Below are positions 62,028-64,000 of a DNA stretch of 64,000 bases, one piece after another (position 1 is the stretch's first letter; each line of letters starts with the position of its first letter). A program made the position numbers and the translations under genes. This DNA comes from Octopus vulgaris (Eukaryota), in contig OX597821.1 in assembly GCA_951406725.2 (NCBI GenBank), positions 47,802,001 to 47,866,000 on the forward strand, given 5' to 3'. The notes beneath the pieces are model-generated. The model searched no databases, was not told the origin of the DNA, and saw only the letters and a program-made list of their open reading frames with translations.

Positions 62028-62205
62028 TATTCGTCCTTCGGTTCGAAGATGACTATTGACATCATTTGGTGGAATTGCTGCTATGAGACCGGAGGTGGCT
62101 GGTGAGGCCAATCCTGGCAAGAAAGCTCCTCCCACTGTGGGAGGCAGAAGTGGGTAGGGGCTGTGCTACTGGTGCAGGTGGCTCTGGCTTTCTGCATCTG
62201 GCGTT
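62028..62205 (-). mobile_element. RTE-BovB-like LINE 3' end (C-terminal zinc finger plus 3' UTR)
   Basis: Translates with one frameshift to ..THFC.T.GRSFLARIGLTSHLRSH; ends GTCATCTTCGAACCGAAGGACGAA. Confidence 0.7.
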
Positions 62206-63419
62206 ATAAATACATCATATTGACAGAGTCAGGAAGATTGACTTAGTTGTTCAGTACCTCATTGACTCGATCTACAATTCTACAATCTTGCTGCTAGTTG
62301 GAGTGATAAATTATTCCTTCATTAAAGAGAATCGTTGTAAATTAAGTCCCTTGCTGATAGATATACCACAGTGACTGTGAAAGTGACAAGATACACTTGA
62401 TTGTTCAATACTGTGTGGACTCTGTCATCTCCCCTTGCTAACGTTAATGATTGAAGTATTCCACTACTGCCCCTTCTGTGTTTTAATTGAAAATCTTGTC
62501 CAGAATGTTTTCTTATGTTTCAGCGCAGGAAATTAACCATCCATTGAAACACTTTCTCTTGCTGTCAAGAATAATTACTGTATTATTACAAATATAATTA
62601 AACCATCTGCCTACCTGGAGAAATAACAGCCAAACTTCTCCCCCCATAACTGTCAGTGGAATGAGCTGAAGAAAAATCAAATCATAGGGTTATATGCATT
62701 GCAATAATAATAATTTCTGACATTGATATAACACTTATGATATGGTAGTAGATGTTTAGTTAATTGACTCAACCCCAGCTCATTACTGGTACCTAGTTTA
62801 TCAGTGTTGGTTGGCTAAAGAAAAAAATTGACATCTGAAAGGATTATGACTCATAATGCAGAAAGACATGTGATTTACTAATTTTGAAAACTTCATCACT
62901 TATTGCAGTTGTTGGTATTTAACCCCAGGTCAGCATGATCCTACAGATTTATAATCAAAAGACTTTGTAGTCATGACCATCCAATCCGTTTTTCAGGCAC
63001 AGTGTACCAAGGATTATCTTATTCAATATGTTCTTTTAAAAGCTTTAGTGTGTGATTTCAAGGGAATTTCGTTGCTTTTTTTGGCTGTCCTCGCACTGCA
63101 GCTACTTTTTTTCTTATCAATGATAACATATATAAAGGGAAGTATTTATGCCATCAGTGAAGAATCTCAGAGTAGCTGACTGACTTCCAACCAACACAAT
63201 GTTAAATTTGAGATGAATATCTCATGTTTTAAGTGATAAATATCAGAACAATTTGATAAGACTGATAAGAGATATCCTAAACTAGACACTAACCATACAA
63301 GTTACTCCTTCATACATCGCACATATCTACTGTAATGGACAGTATGACATATGGGTTGACTTTAAGGAATTGGATTGGTCTAATTCATGACTGATCAGGA
63401 GCTAGCTATCATAACAATA

Positions 63420-63612
63420 TTGGTTTCAAATTTTGGTGCAATGCCAGCAATTTCAGGGAGTAGGTAAGTTGATTACACCAACCCAAGTGTTCAACTGGTA
63501 CTTATTTTATTCACCTTAAAAGGATGAAAGGCAAAGTTGACTTTAGCAAAATTTGAATTCAGAACACAAAGACAGAAGGAATGCTGCTAAGCATTTTGCC
63601 TGGTATGCTCAC
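63420..63612 (-). mobile_element. SINE family C
   Basis: Reverse complement of the Nin-like domain and tRNA head. Confidence 0.75.
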
Positions 63613-64000
63613 CACCTCCTATCGTAACAACATTAAGAACAATAGCAGCAGCAGAAGCCACAAAAACAGTAAACCAATAACTTGTTGGTTGGTCCCTAGG
63701 CTTTGCCTGGCTAGGAAACATGGAGTGTTTAGTTATGAGGAATGTATAAAAAGTGATGGGTACAAGTCAGGATGGTTTGTAGTCAACACTTTATAAATGT
63801 TACTTTTTGATATAAAAGTCTTTGGCTGATAAAGCCATCGAATTGCATTAATAAAAGATGGGCACAAGAAAAAATAAATACAAGAGATATAGTGTATAGA
63901 CTAGCAAGGCATGATCAGTTTGCTAAATTCAAACCTAAAGGCTGGAAGTTAATTATTGATTTATTCAATACAAGAACAAGCATTTAGATCAAAAACTGTG

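Noticed and set aside
66-63796. Many short ORFs rich in YI, HT, CV, poly-I, poly-M or poly-S
   Set aside because: They are translations of microsatellites or SINE sequence, with no coding signal

Overview
AT-rich, microsatellite-dense eukaryotic DNA. The SINE and LINE families point to a coleoid cephalopod, most likely Octopus (inferred from repeat content). No host protein-coding gene can be established; only a few isolated splice-bounded candidate exons occur on the minus strand, so the window is probably intronic or intergenic. It is dominated by mobile DNA: a full-length R4/Dong-type LINE (14101-18808, -), a 5'-truncated CR1-type LINE with an uninterrupted ORF2 (24916-27815, +), RTE LINE fragments, an internally deleted Gypsy LTR element (47759-50933), two mariner relics, a MULE relic, a non-autonomous Helitron, MITEs, more than 20 tRNA-derived SINEs of three groups, and a 47-bp minisatellite. 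The most interesting signal is a Penelope-like (GIY-YIG) element whose 3' region reads ORF stop, tRNA-like Pol III head, (TAA)n, then a minimal hammerhead ribozyme. It is present twice, and both times the (TAA)n tract carries a LINE insertion. Six further, unrelated hammerhead-like motifs are scattered through the window, and two SINE/LINE 3'-tail pairs show compensatory stem changes.
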